64,000 bases of DNA from Macrostomum lignano (taxonomy: Eukaryota). Below are positions 21,501 through 64,000 of this stretch, piece by piece. A program made the position numbers and the translations under genes. Within the stretch, counting starts at the first letter, position 1; each line of letters opens with the position of its first letter. The notes under the pieces are model-generated. The model ran no database searches, was not told the DNA's origin, and was given only the letters and a program-made list of their open reading frames with translations. The DNA lies in NCBI GenBank assembly GCA_002269645.1, contig NIVC01000652.1:124001-188000 (forward strand), in the 5' to 3' direction.

Positions 21501-24129
21501 CAGACTGGCACACTTGGCACACTTGCTACAATTGTACCAGTTGTGCCACAGCTATGACATTTGGCACAGTTATATATCTTTGTCCTTCTTGGCACACTTG
21601 GCTCAAATAACCTTTTTTATTGCTAATTACCTAACAAAACTGTTTGACGCACACCCGGTGCAACTTGCACTGAGGCTGCGACGTCAGTAGCTTCGATTTT
21701 GGCAGATGACCGGCAGGTTTTCACTCCCAACTTGCGGCATGATCTGCTCAGACGCTCGAAAATGGCGCAACCGCGTTTGATTGACGCCATTACAAAAGAA
21801 CTAAAGCAGCAGATCACGCAGCATCTCGCCGTCCATCTAGATCAGCTCGTGGACCCAGCCGTCACAGTTGACAACATGCTGGTCGACGACAATGGAAAGA
21901 AATTATACTACGGTAAGAAATTAATAGTCCTTCATTTATGATCGCGCAAATATCCTATTGTTACTCTCAAACGCTCTTCAATCCTTAAAAAACACCTCTG
22001 CAGCCAATCGGTTTCGCCTTTACGTCCAACGTCGCTCAGACCAGGGTCATGGCCAGTAAGGATATATCAAGAACCAACGACTCCGGCCAACCTCAATGCA
22101 CTTCTCCGCGAGATGGTGCGGGGGTGCTTCAGCGACGACGAGATTTTGGTAACGTCGTTGAGCGGTCGCGCTACTGAGCCTGGTCGGCCACGCCTGCTAC
22201 CTGGCTGGAATCGACATCCCAACCAATGAAAGCGATTGAAAAGGCCTACGTCCGATGCTCCATCACCGTCAGTCGGCGTGAAAAGCAATCCGGACGTTTG
22301 CCTGTAAAGAAACTTTGTCAAGGTGCGGCTGCCAATGTCACTGACACTGTGCAGTCGGAGGCGGCTAATGCACTCGCGAGGACTGAGCGCGGGATATCTG
22401 CTGTTGCATCTAGCAAAACTAAACTTGTTTGGCAGATGCGGGACCCGTCTAGCTTGGTCTGTCTCCCTCATGTTTCTGGTTTTGTTTTCCCCTGGAAATA
22501 TGCTCTTTCCCACATAAAGTAACCAACTACATTACTATAGTTAGTTCCAGACTCGTAAATTACAATAGCACCAGGAATCAGACTTGTTGTCTAACTAGAA
22601 AAGTATAGGGGAACAGAGGTATTGGAGTTGGTTTCACTAATTGCTTGTTTTTTATCTAGTTGTTTGTTTGTGCTTTTTAAATTAATACATTAGATGTATA
22701 CATGTTGTTACATTAAAATCCTGTGCCACGTGTAGTCGACTCAGTAGTTAATTTGTTACATTGCATGTTTTAGTTTCAAATGTATTAGAAGTGTAAACTC
22801 TTTGGCTGGCACCACAATTTTCATGCACCGCGCTTTTTAATTACGTTGTTTTTTGTTTCCTGTCCAATGTCCGCTGTCGGTTATGTTTCTTTCCGTTAAC
22901 TTCTAGTATGCATTTTTTAATTCCGCAGCCTCCCCTTTTTCCTGTTTTATACATGTTTTTTGTCCTATTTGCTACTTCCCATTAAATATATACGTATTTA
23001 TGCAACATCCCTTTTTCCAACTGTTTTAATCTGTTTATGTTCGCGCTCAACATTATTTTAAAGTTTAATTTACATTGACAACTCTTTTCAATTTGTCTTC
23101 CCTCATTTAAACATGAGAAGGACCTCTCGCAAATCTTAGCTACTTCATACACTTCATAACTCGTAGTTGACTAACGGGTCAACTATAACAGCATCAGATA
23201 GCATATTATGTGCTTAGTTCAACTGCTTTAAACTGCAAATTCACTCGTCTGGAGAATTTACGCCAAATGGCACAGTACGCGCTAGTTTAACAGCTTCTAG
23301 CTGCACATTTACTCGTATGGTGCCAAATGGTACATTTATGGCACAGTTGTGCACAATTATAAGCACTCAAAAATAGCTGAGACAACTGGCACAGTTGTGG
23401 CACAGTTGTGGCACAGCAGTGCACAATTAAAAATTTGATTCTTAATTGTGTCACATGTGCCAATTGGCACAGCTTGGCACAGTTATATTTGTGCCAAGCT
23501 GTGCCACCAATTGTCGATTCTCACAAATTTCGTGTCGTTTCGACAGTTATTTTGGGATTCCCCCCAGTTCATTTTTTATGTGCTATTTGACGCATTTAAA
23601 GAACAATTATTTCCGGTCGGGCAGCCTCCCTTCATCAGACTGGCTTGTCAAATTTGATTGATTCAAACTGGATTGCGGCAGCGCCCGCAGCCTCCCTTCA
23701 TCAAACTGGCTTGTCAATTTTATTGATTCAAACTGGATTGCGGCAGCGCCCGCAGCCTCCCTTCATCAGACTGGCTTGTCAAATTTGATTGATTCAAACT
23801 GGATTGCGGCAGCGCCCGCAGCCTCCCTTCATCAAACTGGCTTGTCAATTTGATTGATTCAAACTTGATTGCGGCAGCGCCCGCAGCCTCCCTTCATCAA
23901 ACTGGCTTGTCAAATTTGATTGATTCAAACTTGATTGCGGCAGCGCCCGCAGCCTCCCTTCATCAAACTGGCTATACCCCCATCCCACATCCGCATTTGA
24001 CAGCCGCAGCAGCGACCGCCTCGACCGCCGCTCGCCACAGCAGCCAAGCCGAGCTCAGCTTCTTCAGCTGCCGACGCGAGCAACAGGAACTCCCGCGTGC
24101 TGGAGATGGTCAGGCGGATGGAAACCTGA
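18266..24129 (+). CDS. Uncharacterised low-complexity protein, 426 aa, with a CRACD/KIAA1211 (DUF4592)-like motif; exons 18266-18598, 19281-20102, 24004-24129
   Basis: GC-rich ORFs joined by phase-0 GT-AG introns (GTGAGC/TTCTAG and GTAAGT/TGACAG). Contains SLDHSAAHHRMAVRRRRP and ends NSRVLEMVRRMET*. Confidence 0.75.
18620..19210. repeat. 25-bp minisatellite (AATGTCTCTTAATCCTCATCCCGAG) in gene 2 intron 1
   Basis: About 23 direct repeats. Confidence 0.95.
19281..20102 (+). CDS. Gene 2 exon 2
   Basis: Acceptor TTCTAG at 19280; donor GTAAGT at 20103. Confidence 0.8.
20344..20979. repeat. 65-66-bp minisatellite, left part
   Basis: Unit GATTGATTCAAACTGGATTGCGGCAGCGCCCGCAGCCTCCCTTCATCAAACTGGCTTGTCAAATTT. 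Confidence 0.95.
20980..23621. mobile_element. 2,642-bp TIR DNA transposon without transposase, CMC/EnSpm-like
   Basis: TIRs CCCGACCGAAAATA and TATTTCCGGTCGGG (13/14). A 2-bp duplication (CA) splits one minisatellite unit (GCGCCCGCA | CAGCCTCCC). Dense TGGCACA/TGTGCCA subterminal repeats at both ends. Confidence 0.85.
21699..22522 (+). pseudogene. BEN-domain-like coding remnant inside the TIR element
   Basis: Frame 22005-22229 gives ANLNALLREMVRGCFSDDEILVTSLSGRATEPGRPRL, then a -1 shift to MKAIEKAYV...KKLCQ. Upstream helical ORF at 21699-21912 with a probable GT-AG intron at 21913-22003. Confidence 0.5.
23622..23972. repeat. 65-66-bp minisatellite, right part
   Basis: Resumes the unit interrupted at 20979. 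Confidence 0.95.
24004..24129 (+). CDS. Gene 2 exon 3
   Basis: Acceptor TTTGACAG at 24003; encodes PQQRPPRPP...VLEMVRRMET; TGA at 24127-24129. Confidence 0.7.
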   Translation, partial: PQQRPPRPPLATAAKPSSASSAADASNRNSRVLEMVRRMET

Positions 24130-24734
24130 CCGACCGCTGTCAGCAACAGTTGCAGCACACCTATTATAAACTATTTCATTATATATATATGCATGCTGTA
24201 TTCGTACTGCTTCAACTGCTGCAATAGTACAAAGAGTTCTTTCAATAGCACAAGTCTACAGCGGCTTATCTTATAAAACTCGAGTTTGCCTTCCCGGCCC
24301 CGCTGCTGTCTAGCCGAGTTGTTTGTTTATTTTTTATCCATCGCTACTTTGAGTTGGGTGTTTCTGCTGGCGCTTCCGCGTGCGCTTGCTTCTGCAATAG
24401 TGTGTTGCTTTTTTTCTGCTCCGTGGCAATCTCTCCAGTCTGCGACTTTGCAGTTCTATTTATTACTTATTCTCTTTTCTTGCCGACCCGCAATAAGCTT
24501 CTTTTAGTAGCGAATTTATTTGTTTAACTGCTCTGTCTACTACTACTGTTAGTAGCGCTAATTTTTTACTCTGTGAGTGGCGAATTAATTGCTAATTAAT
24601 TTGGCTTGTGTCAATAGCGAAGCTTTTACTGAATGCCCTGCAGATGCTTATTTTCAATGTAATCCGATTCTACACACGACGCGGTGCCGCGGTTGCAGAT
24701 CTTTGCTGATCGACTCGGCCTTATAACTGCTTTA

Positions 24735-25760
24735 CCCACCCAATGTGCACTCCCTACCCACCCAATGTTCACTCCCTTCCCACCCAATGTACACTCCCTT
24801 CCCACCCAATGTACACTCCCCAACCATCCAATGTACACTCCCTACCCATCCAATGTGCACTCCCTTCCCACCCAATGTACACTCCCCAACCATCCAATGT
24901 ACACTCCCTACCCATTCAATGTACACTCCCTATCCATCCAATGTACACTCCCTATCCATCCAATGTACACTCCCTTCCCACCCAATGTACACTCCCTTCC
25001 CACCCAATGTACACTCCCTTCCCACCCAATGTACACTCCCCAACCATCCAATGTACACTCCCTACCCATCCAATGTACACTCCCTATCCATCCAATGTAC
25101 ACTCCCTATCCATCCAATGTACACTCCCTTCCCACCCAATGTACACTCCCTTCCCACCCAATGTACACTCCCCAACCATCCAATGTACACTCCCTACCCA
25201 TCTAATGTACACTCCCTATCCATCCAATGTACACTCCCTATCCATCCAATGTACACTCCCTATCCATCCAATGTACACTCCCTTCCCACCCAATGTACAC
25301 TCCCTTCCCACCCAATGTACACTCCCCAACTATCCAATGTACACTCCCTACCCATCCAATGTACACTCCCTACCCATCCAATGTACACTCCCCAACCATC
25401 CAATGTACACTCCCTACCCATCCAATGTACACTCCCTACCCATCCAATGTACACTCCCTCCCATCTAATGTACACTCCCTATCCATCCAATGTACACTCC
25501 CTATCCATCCAATGTACACTCCCTATCCATCCAATGTACACTCCCTTCCCACCCAGTGTACACTCCCTCCCATCTAATGTACACTCCCTCCCATCTAATG
25601 TACACTCCCTCCCATCTAATGTACACTCCCTTCCCACCCAATGTACACTCCCCAACCATCCAATGTACACTCCCTCCCATCTAATGTACACTCCCTATCC
25701 ATCCAATGTACACTCCCTATCCATCCAATGTACACTCCCTATCCATCCAATGTGCACTCC
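24735..25760. repeat. 22-bp minisatellite (CAATGTACACTCCCTACCCATC)
   Basis: About 45 degenerate direct repeats; intergenic. Confidence 0.95.
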
Positions 25761-26283
25761 CTACCATTTTCAACCCCACTCAGTCCAAGCCAGTTCTTTT
25801 CCACTCGGTTTTCCTCGACTTTCCCAAAACGGGCTCCCCCCGGTTATTAAGCAGCTTTAAGTAATTCGAGAAGCAAATTTAGATGTCTTGATTTGAACTT
25901 GCAGAAAATGACTTGCTGTTTTAACTGTTAAGCATTAATAATGTGAATCAATGTACGCACAGCCGAGTCCGCTAATCTGCAGTATCCAGCCTTGCACTGG
26001 GCTGCGCCTGATTTGCTCCTGTTCGCCAATCTCGCTGAGCTCAGACTGTCCGCCTGCCGAGCCTTTTTTGCATGGTTTTGCCTTTTCAATTCAAGCAATA
26101 ATCTGCTGCTCTATGGAAATATATTTATTTATTGCATTGCGTGTGTTTAAATTCAATACTTCGATTGCTCACAAATATTTGCTCTTCGTTTCTACCTTTT
26201 TCTCGTCTCTGTGCCGAAGGTTGAGGATTCCCGGGCAACTAAGTTGCTCTAGGGGGCTGCACTCCTAAATTGTGCAGATATCA

Positions 26284-26703
26284 TTTGAGACCGGTGCACT
26301 TAGACAGGTGCATTTGAGACCGGTGCGTTTGAGACAGGTGCATTTGAGACCGGTGCATTTGAGACCGGTGCATTTGTGACTGGTGCATTTGAGACCGGTG
26401 CACTTAGACAGGTGCATTTGAGACCGGTGCACTTAGACAGGTGCATTTGAGACCGGTGCACTTAGACAGGTGCATTTGAGACTGGTGCACTTAGACAGGT
26501 GCATTTGAGATCGGTGCATTTGAGACTGGTGCATTTGAGACCGGTGCACTTAGACAGGTGCATTTGAGATCGGTGCATTTGAGACCGGTGCATTTGAGAC
26601 TGGTGCACTTAGACAGGTGCATTTGAGATCGGTGCATTTGAGACCGGTGCACTTAGACAGGTGCATTTGAGACCGGTGGATTTGAGACCGATGCATTTGA
26701 GAC
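26284..26703. repeat. 15-bp tandem array (TTTGAGACCGGTGCA)
   Basis: About 28 direct repeats. Confidence 0.95.
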
Positions 26704-27482
26704 GAGTTCAGTTGAAACCACCGACAAGCAGATTAGTAGTGTGTGTGGTCCATGCACCCAAGATGTACTGAGACAGCTACAGCTTATAAAACATCAATCT
26801 TTTGTTCTACATGTACTACTTTCTATGTCATTATATGTGTACATGCAATGACAAAATACTTTAAAGCACGGGTTTGAATTGCCACCCAAGTGTCCAAGTG
26901 ACACGCGGGAGCAAGTTTCCCAGCGCTGTAATACAAAAGAAAAATTCTTGGCTTCAGTTGATGGATCCGCAGTTGGGCTTATGCACAGTGGAGCGACTCT
27001 GTAGCGCTGAATTCTTCGACAGTGTATTTCACATCCGCATGCCAGCAGTGCGCGGGAGGTGACGAGTACAGGGATTTGAGGAAGAGAAAGCGATTATCTG
27101 CAGACTCAGAAATTCAAAAAAATTCATTTGACAGTTTTTGTTTTGTGAAATTTAGCCGCGAATAAAAATAGAATATTTATATGATAATTAGGACTCAAGC
27201 TGGCCCCACAATCCGGTTACCGACTATGGCTGACTGTCTTTCAATGGAGGCGATTGCCGGGCCATAAATCTTGGGATCTAGAATAAATTTCTGTTCATGA
27301 CAAGACAAGTGAGGAAAATAGCGAGGGTGCATCCGCGGTTGAGCAGCGCCGCTCATCAGCGACTGCCGACTGTTGAAACCGCATTGGCGCAGTGGAGACT
27401 TGAATGAGGGAGCTGGTCGGCGCTGCTTTTCAAGGCAGCCGGCATCGGAGCGCTCAGCCGTGCGCTGGGCTCATCCGGCCCG

Positions 27483-59838
<32,356 letters not shown>

Positions 59839-62800
59839 GATGCCTCACGCAGGCTGCAGAGCTTCGTTCACGAAGTGCCGCGCAGCTGCGCAGGTGTCGC
59901 TGCCTCTGCCGGGGCCACGTGCGCGCGGTGTTCGCTGCCGGGCCGCATTGGCTCCCGCCTGCTGCTAATTGAGTTTGATGTGTTTGACTCTGCTCGGTTC
60001 GAGTTGCAGTTGGCTGAATGGGGACTTACGGTAGCCGCTGGAAGATCCGGGATTCACGCTCTCTGCTGTCTGCTTCACTGACTGATCTGCCGCTGCAGAT
60101 AAGCTACTTGATATGCTAAAAGACAACGGAGCGGAACAGGTAGAGACAGTCTGTTGCTTTTAGTTTTTGATCTACGCAGAATAGAAATAAGAGTTGGCGC
60201 GAAAGAGAGCCGCGTAGAGCCGGAGAGGGCGCACTTCTCTGTCCCTGAGCAAAGTCTACGCCTGGAACGGGGGACTGCGAGCTGCGCACTCGCAAAGGCC
60301 GTCTGCCTCTGCTATTCTCTTCCACTCCGCTACGCCGTTCGTCTCCATACTGGCGAAAGAAAGAAAGAAAGAAAGAAGACGCGCACAAATTTATTCAGCG
60401 CCAACGCAGAGACGGGGAGATCGCAGGCTTGATTTTCGGCTGGCTGGGAGAGCTCGGGATATTGGCATGGAGACGGGGAGAACAGCCTGAGAATCCTGGT
60501 GACAATGCTCGGTTTAGCCGATAACACCTGATGGATTAGACGATGATATGTTTCGGGTAACAAAATTGGTTCTCATCTTATTGCATCTGTGTGGTAGCGC
60601 GCATACAGCGGGACCAGCAGCTGCTGTAGGGGTGCGCATTCTGATTGGACAGCCCCGTCCAGCAAGTGCGTCTTTTTTAAACCACGCTTTTTTATTTCTT
60701 GAATGTCGTGTAGAAGCAACATGCATTGAGTCAGAGTAGCGGAGGGCTGGAGTAGCTTCCCGCACTTTTTAGTCGTTATTTTAGCATACTTGGTTGGGCA
60801 GCTGATAGACTTTTCGATTGCCCCCCCCCCAGCTCTTTAATTGCTGGCTAATAGTGCTGATTCATGTTTTAATTCTCTGACAATCCTCTAACCGGATTTA
60901 ATTGCCATCTTGACTGTGCGCAAGTCGGGCGCATTTTCTTCAAATTTAGCATCAAGAGCGGCAAATGCCGCAAACAGTGTACATGCAAAAATATTATGTA
61001 TTCAGAGTCAGCCAGCACAAGCAGTCGACGAAACATTAAGTGCATGGACATGTGTACTACTAGATAGATAGCTGTACGTGCAGGTGCGTGGTCACTGGGA
61101 GGACCTTCCCGTAGAATCACATTTACGTATCCAAATATGCAATGTACGTAATTTGCTGTACGGGCTTGGGGACATGTCCCGACCCACCTTGCGACCCGTT
61201 AGAGAAATCCTGGAGAATTATGGAAAACCAAGAATTCTAAACGAAGAATTCGTTTATTATTTTGGGAATCAGCAGTGTTGTTACTACTACTGATTTTTGC
61301 GCCACCGACACTCTTATAATTTTTGGCTCTCAGCAGCACAGGCACTCATTTTGGCACTTTCAATCAAAATTATTAAATTAAGGAGCAGGGCTCAAAGCAT
61401 TGGCATGCCCCACAGCTTTTACCATGGGGTGGTCCTCCCACCCCTTAGTACGCTACTAAATTGTGTACCTTTAATATACGTATATAGTATATCTTTCATG
61501 AAAGCTGTAATTCAATATACTTGTATTTCAGTTGTGTTGTAAAGCGAGGTCAACGAAAAGTGTAAAATCAGCTGGCTCTGGAGGTATTGTAATTATTTTT
61601 TTCTACAGTAGCAATTGTGGTGGTCAAAAAAGGTAAGTATATAGTGATTTCTGTGATTTTATCTTTTTTCTGAAAGTTATAACAAAAAATAGTTACTATT
61701 GGCGAAATTTATTGCAGTTTCCAGTGATTTTAACGTTCAGCACAATAAAACACCAAAATATTTTTGTGAAACTCCATAAGTAATATTTTTCATACTGCCG
61801 AATTTCCAGGCCCTAGTGTCGGTTAGCGTATTTCTTAGAAACAGGGTGTTTCGCCTGCGGGAAAACGAAGTAATTAAAATAGGATCGTTCAGCTTCAGCT
61901 CCTGAATCCAATAAGGTCAACAGTACATTTAAGTGCAAAACAGCCACTGTAGTGTTTAAGTAGTGTTTTACAGACACTGTAGTCTGTGTTTAAGTTCCAA
62001 GTTCAAGTTTCATTTAGGGCATAGAGGCCCGATTTTTCAAAAAGTTATCATTTGACATTTAGTTAGGCTTGAAACTGGAATTTCAAGACAGGTGACGGTC
62101 TAACCTGGCAAAGGCAAAGCAATATATTTAGCACAATTAACAAAATTAAGTTGACCTAATTTAGGGTCCAGTCAAGGCTTGATATACTTATACTTAAAAG
62201 CTACACCTGTAAGCTAGGCTTTTCTATTTAAGTTGCTCCACCATAACCATTGGCATTGTTTTGCATCGTACTCATAAATCAAACACAAGACAGGACTTTT
62301 GTTTGCCCTTGGTAGCCTAGGCCCTATCATTGACATTAGTGACAAGTGAATTTTAGAGCAAAAGGAGAAGAAAGGAAATGCCTTCCTATTTTTGTCACCA
62401 ATGCAATACTGAACGTGCTAGCTCTGAAGTATCAAATGACATTGACAATTCGGTAAGACTTGCTTATCCTACTTTATCTTTAGTTTTTAGTTTTAACCTT
62501 CATAGTGCTTAATAGTGTTCCACCATAAGGAGGGTCCATGTACCATAGCTGTAGCCATAAGCAAAACTATGGCTTATTCCAATTCTCTATATTCTGTAGC
62601 CATAGGGACCCTAATATTACCATATTCCCATTCCCATAGTTCCTATAGCCATAGCCATAGTTTTAACAAAAAGTCTAGAAAACAATTTATATTTTGAATC
62701 AAGAACTTGCTAGGATGGAATCTTTATATGACAAGTTTGGAACAAAAAGTTTTTTACCTATGAATGCACAATTTTTTTGCCACTTGAATTTCTTAGCAAT

Positions 62801-63374
62801 ATTTTTACAATGTTTAATTAAAGTTTAAATAAATCCTTTAAAAATATTATTCTTTTTAGTTTATTGTAGTTCCCAGTAGCTTTGTTTTTTAATTTGCAAT
62901 AACTTTATTTTACTGTAACAAGTGCAATATTCAAAATTTAAATTAAATTATACAAGATTTCTTAGAATATTAAGCTGTGCGCACGTAAGCTTTTTAAAGT
63001 TGTGCAAGTTTGCTAGAAATGTATGCACAAGTGCAAAGTTTTTTTTAGCATGCATGGAATGCATCTAGGATTTTGCACAAAAATTCCATCCTGGACCTGG
63101 TCACGAAGATAACCTAGTGCTTAAACAACTGCAAATTAAGTTAGAAAATAAAAGACACACTTAATTGTCTTTGTAAGATTATATTTCATCTTTTTATTGA
63201 GCAACAATACTTAATCACTACTGAAAGTACTAATTCTGAACTTTTTCACATTAATAAAAATTCAAATTTGCTAGTGTTTTATTGTACTTTATGAGGTATA
63301 TTATATAAGTTTCTAAGTTGATAATACAGTTTACTAAAATATCTTTGTTTTATTCTACCTGTTTCTAATAATAT

Positions 63375-63873
63375 GGAAGTGCTTATCCCCATGGTCCCAT
63401 GCCGATAATTCTAATTTTATCCACACAAATCCGTGTCAATAATTTTTAGCTTATCCCCACGGCTAAGATTGTGCAGTTGCTTGTGTTTAGTTTTGTGTAT
63501 TGACGTTAAATCAATATTGTCATTATTATTAGTAATATTATCATTATTATTATATTTTGAATTTTGAAAATCTCATTCGCCTCGATATTTGGGTCATTTG
63601 GTCATTCTAAGCAAAGCCCGCAGCTAAGCAAAAATTTAAAATTAACCCTTTTAATGATAAAAAGTTTTAACAAAATATTCTATATTATTCAGTATTCAGT
63701 ACATATAGTTTATTTGGAAGATTTGTAAAACAAAAATAAAGTTTTTAAACAGATTCATTTTAATGTTCTTTATTCCAATAAGCTGCCGTGAGGATAAGCT
63801 GGAAATTATTGACATGGATCCGTGTGGATAAAATTGGAATTATCGGCACAGGACAGTGGGGATAAGCACTTCC
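63375..63873. mobile_element. ~500-bp MITE-like element with ~89-bp inverted arms
   Basis: 63375-63463 (GGAAGTGCTTATCCCC...CCCCACGGC) is the imperfect reverse complement of 63785-63873. Confidence 0.75.
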
Positions 63874-64000
63874 TTCTAATATTTTTTTTATTTTTTTTAA
63901 ATTAATAACTATGGCTATGGGAATCTATGGAATATGATAGTAACTACCATATTTCTATAGTCGTAACCATAAGAGCAGCTAGCTATCATAGGCCTATTAG

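Noticed and set aside
24684-25860. Overlapping repeat-protein ORFs (also 33374-34763, 53731-54588, 55568-56520, 57000-57536, 48782-49443)
   Set aside because: All frames are open as translations of minisatellites whose units mostly are not multiples of 3; there is no splice or codon support.
60886-61204. Possible small TIR pair CTCTAACCGG / CCCGTTAGAG with CAATC/AAATC flanks
   Set aside because: Only a 9/10-bp match and an imperfect duplication; not distinguishable from chance without other copies.
62540-64000. TAGCCATAG-rich tract (62540-62660) and CTATGGCTATGG tract (63909 onward) as inverted ends of a larger element
   Set aside because: Similarity is low-complexity and short, and the putative right end leaves the window.

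Overview
Eukaryotic (animal) genomic DNA. GC-rich exons and introns packed with minisatellites resemble the flatworm Macrostomum; this is an inference from style, not a database match. No rRNA, tRNA or CRISPR feature is supportable. Bases 1-13.7 kb are AT-rich and transposon-derived: a long inverted-repeat element, two MITEs, a 4,764-bp hAT element with perfect 14-bp TIRs and an 8-bp TSD whose transposase is broken only by three -1 shifts at A-tracts, and a decayed sister hAT on the minus strand. Three host genes were reconstructed by hand with consistent splice phases. They are KANSL1/NSL1 (+, 3 exons, ~675 aa), an uncharacterised low-complexity gene with a CRACD/KIAA1211-like motif (+, 3 exons, 426 aa), and an Lbc-family RhoGEF of the AKAP13/ARHGEF28 type (-, 15 exons, 1,719 aa). 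Nearly every intron carries its own tandem repeat. In one intron the repeat unit is the splice donor itself, present in 20 copies. Nested insertions are a 2,642-bp CCC...GGG TIR element carrying a BEN-domain-like frame but no transposase, and a Ty3/Gypsy element that has lost its 5' LTR and start codon but keeps a 1,501-codon open frame. Repeat-array boundaries are approximate.
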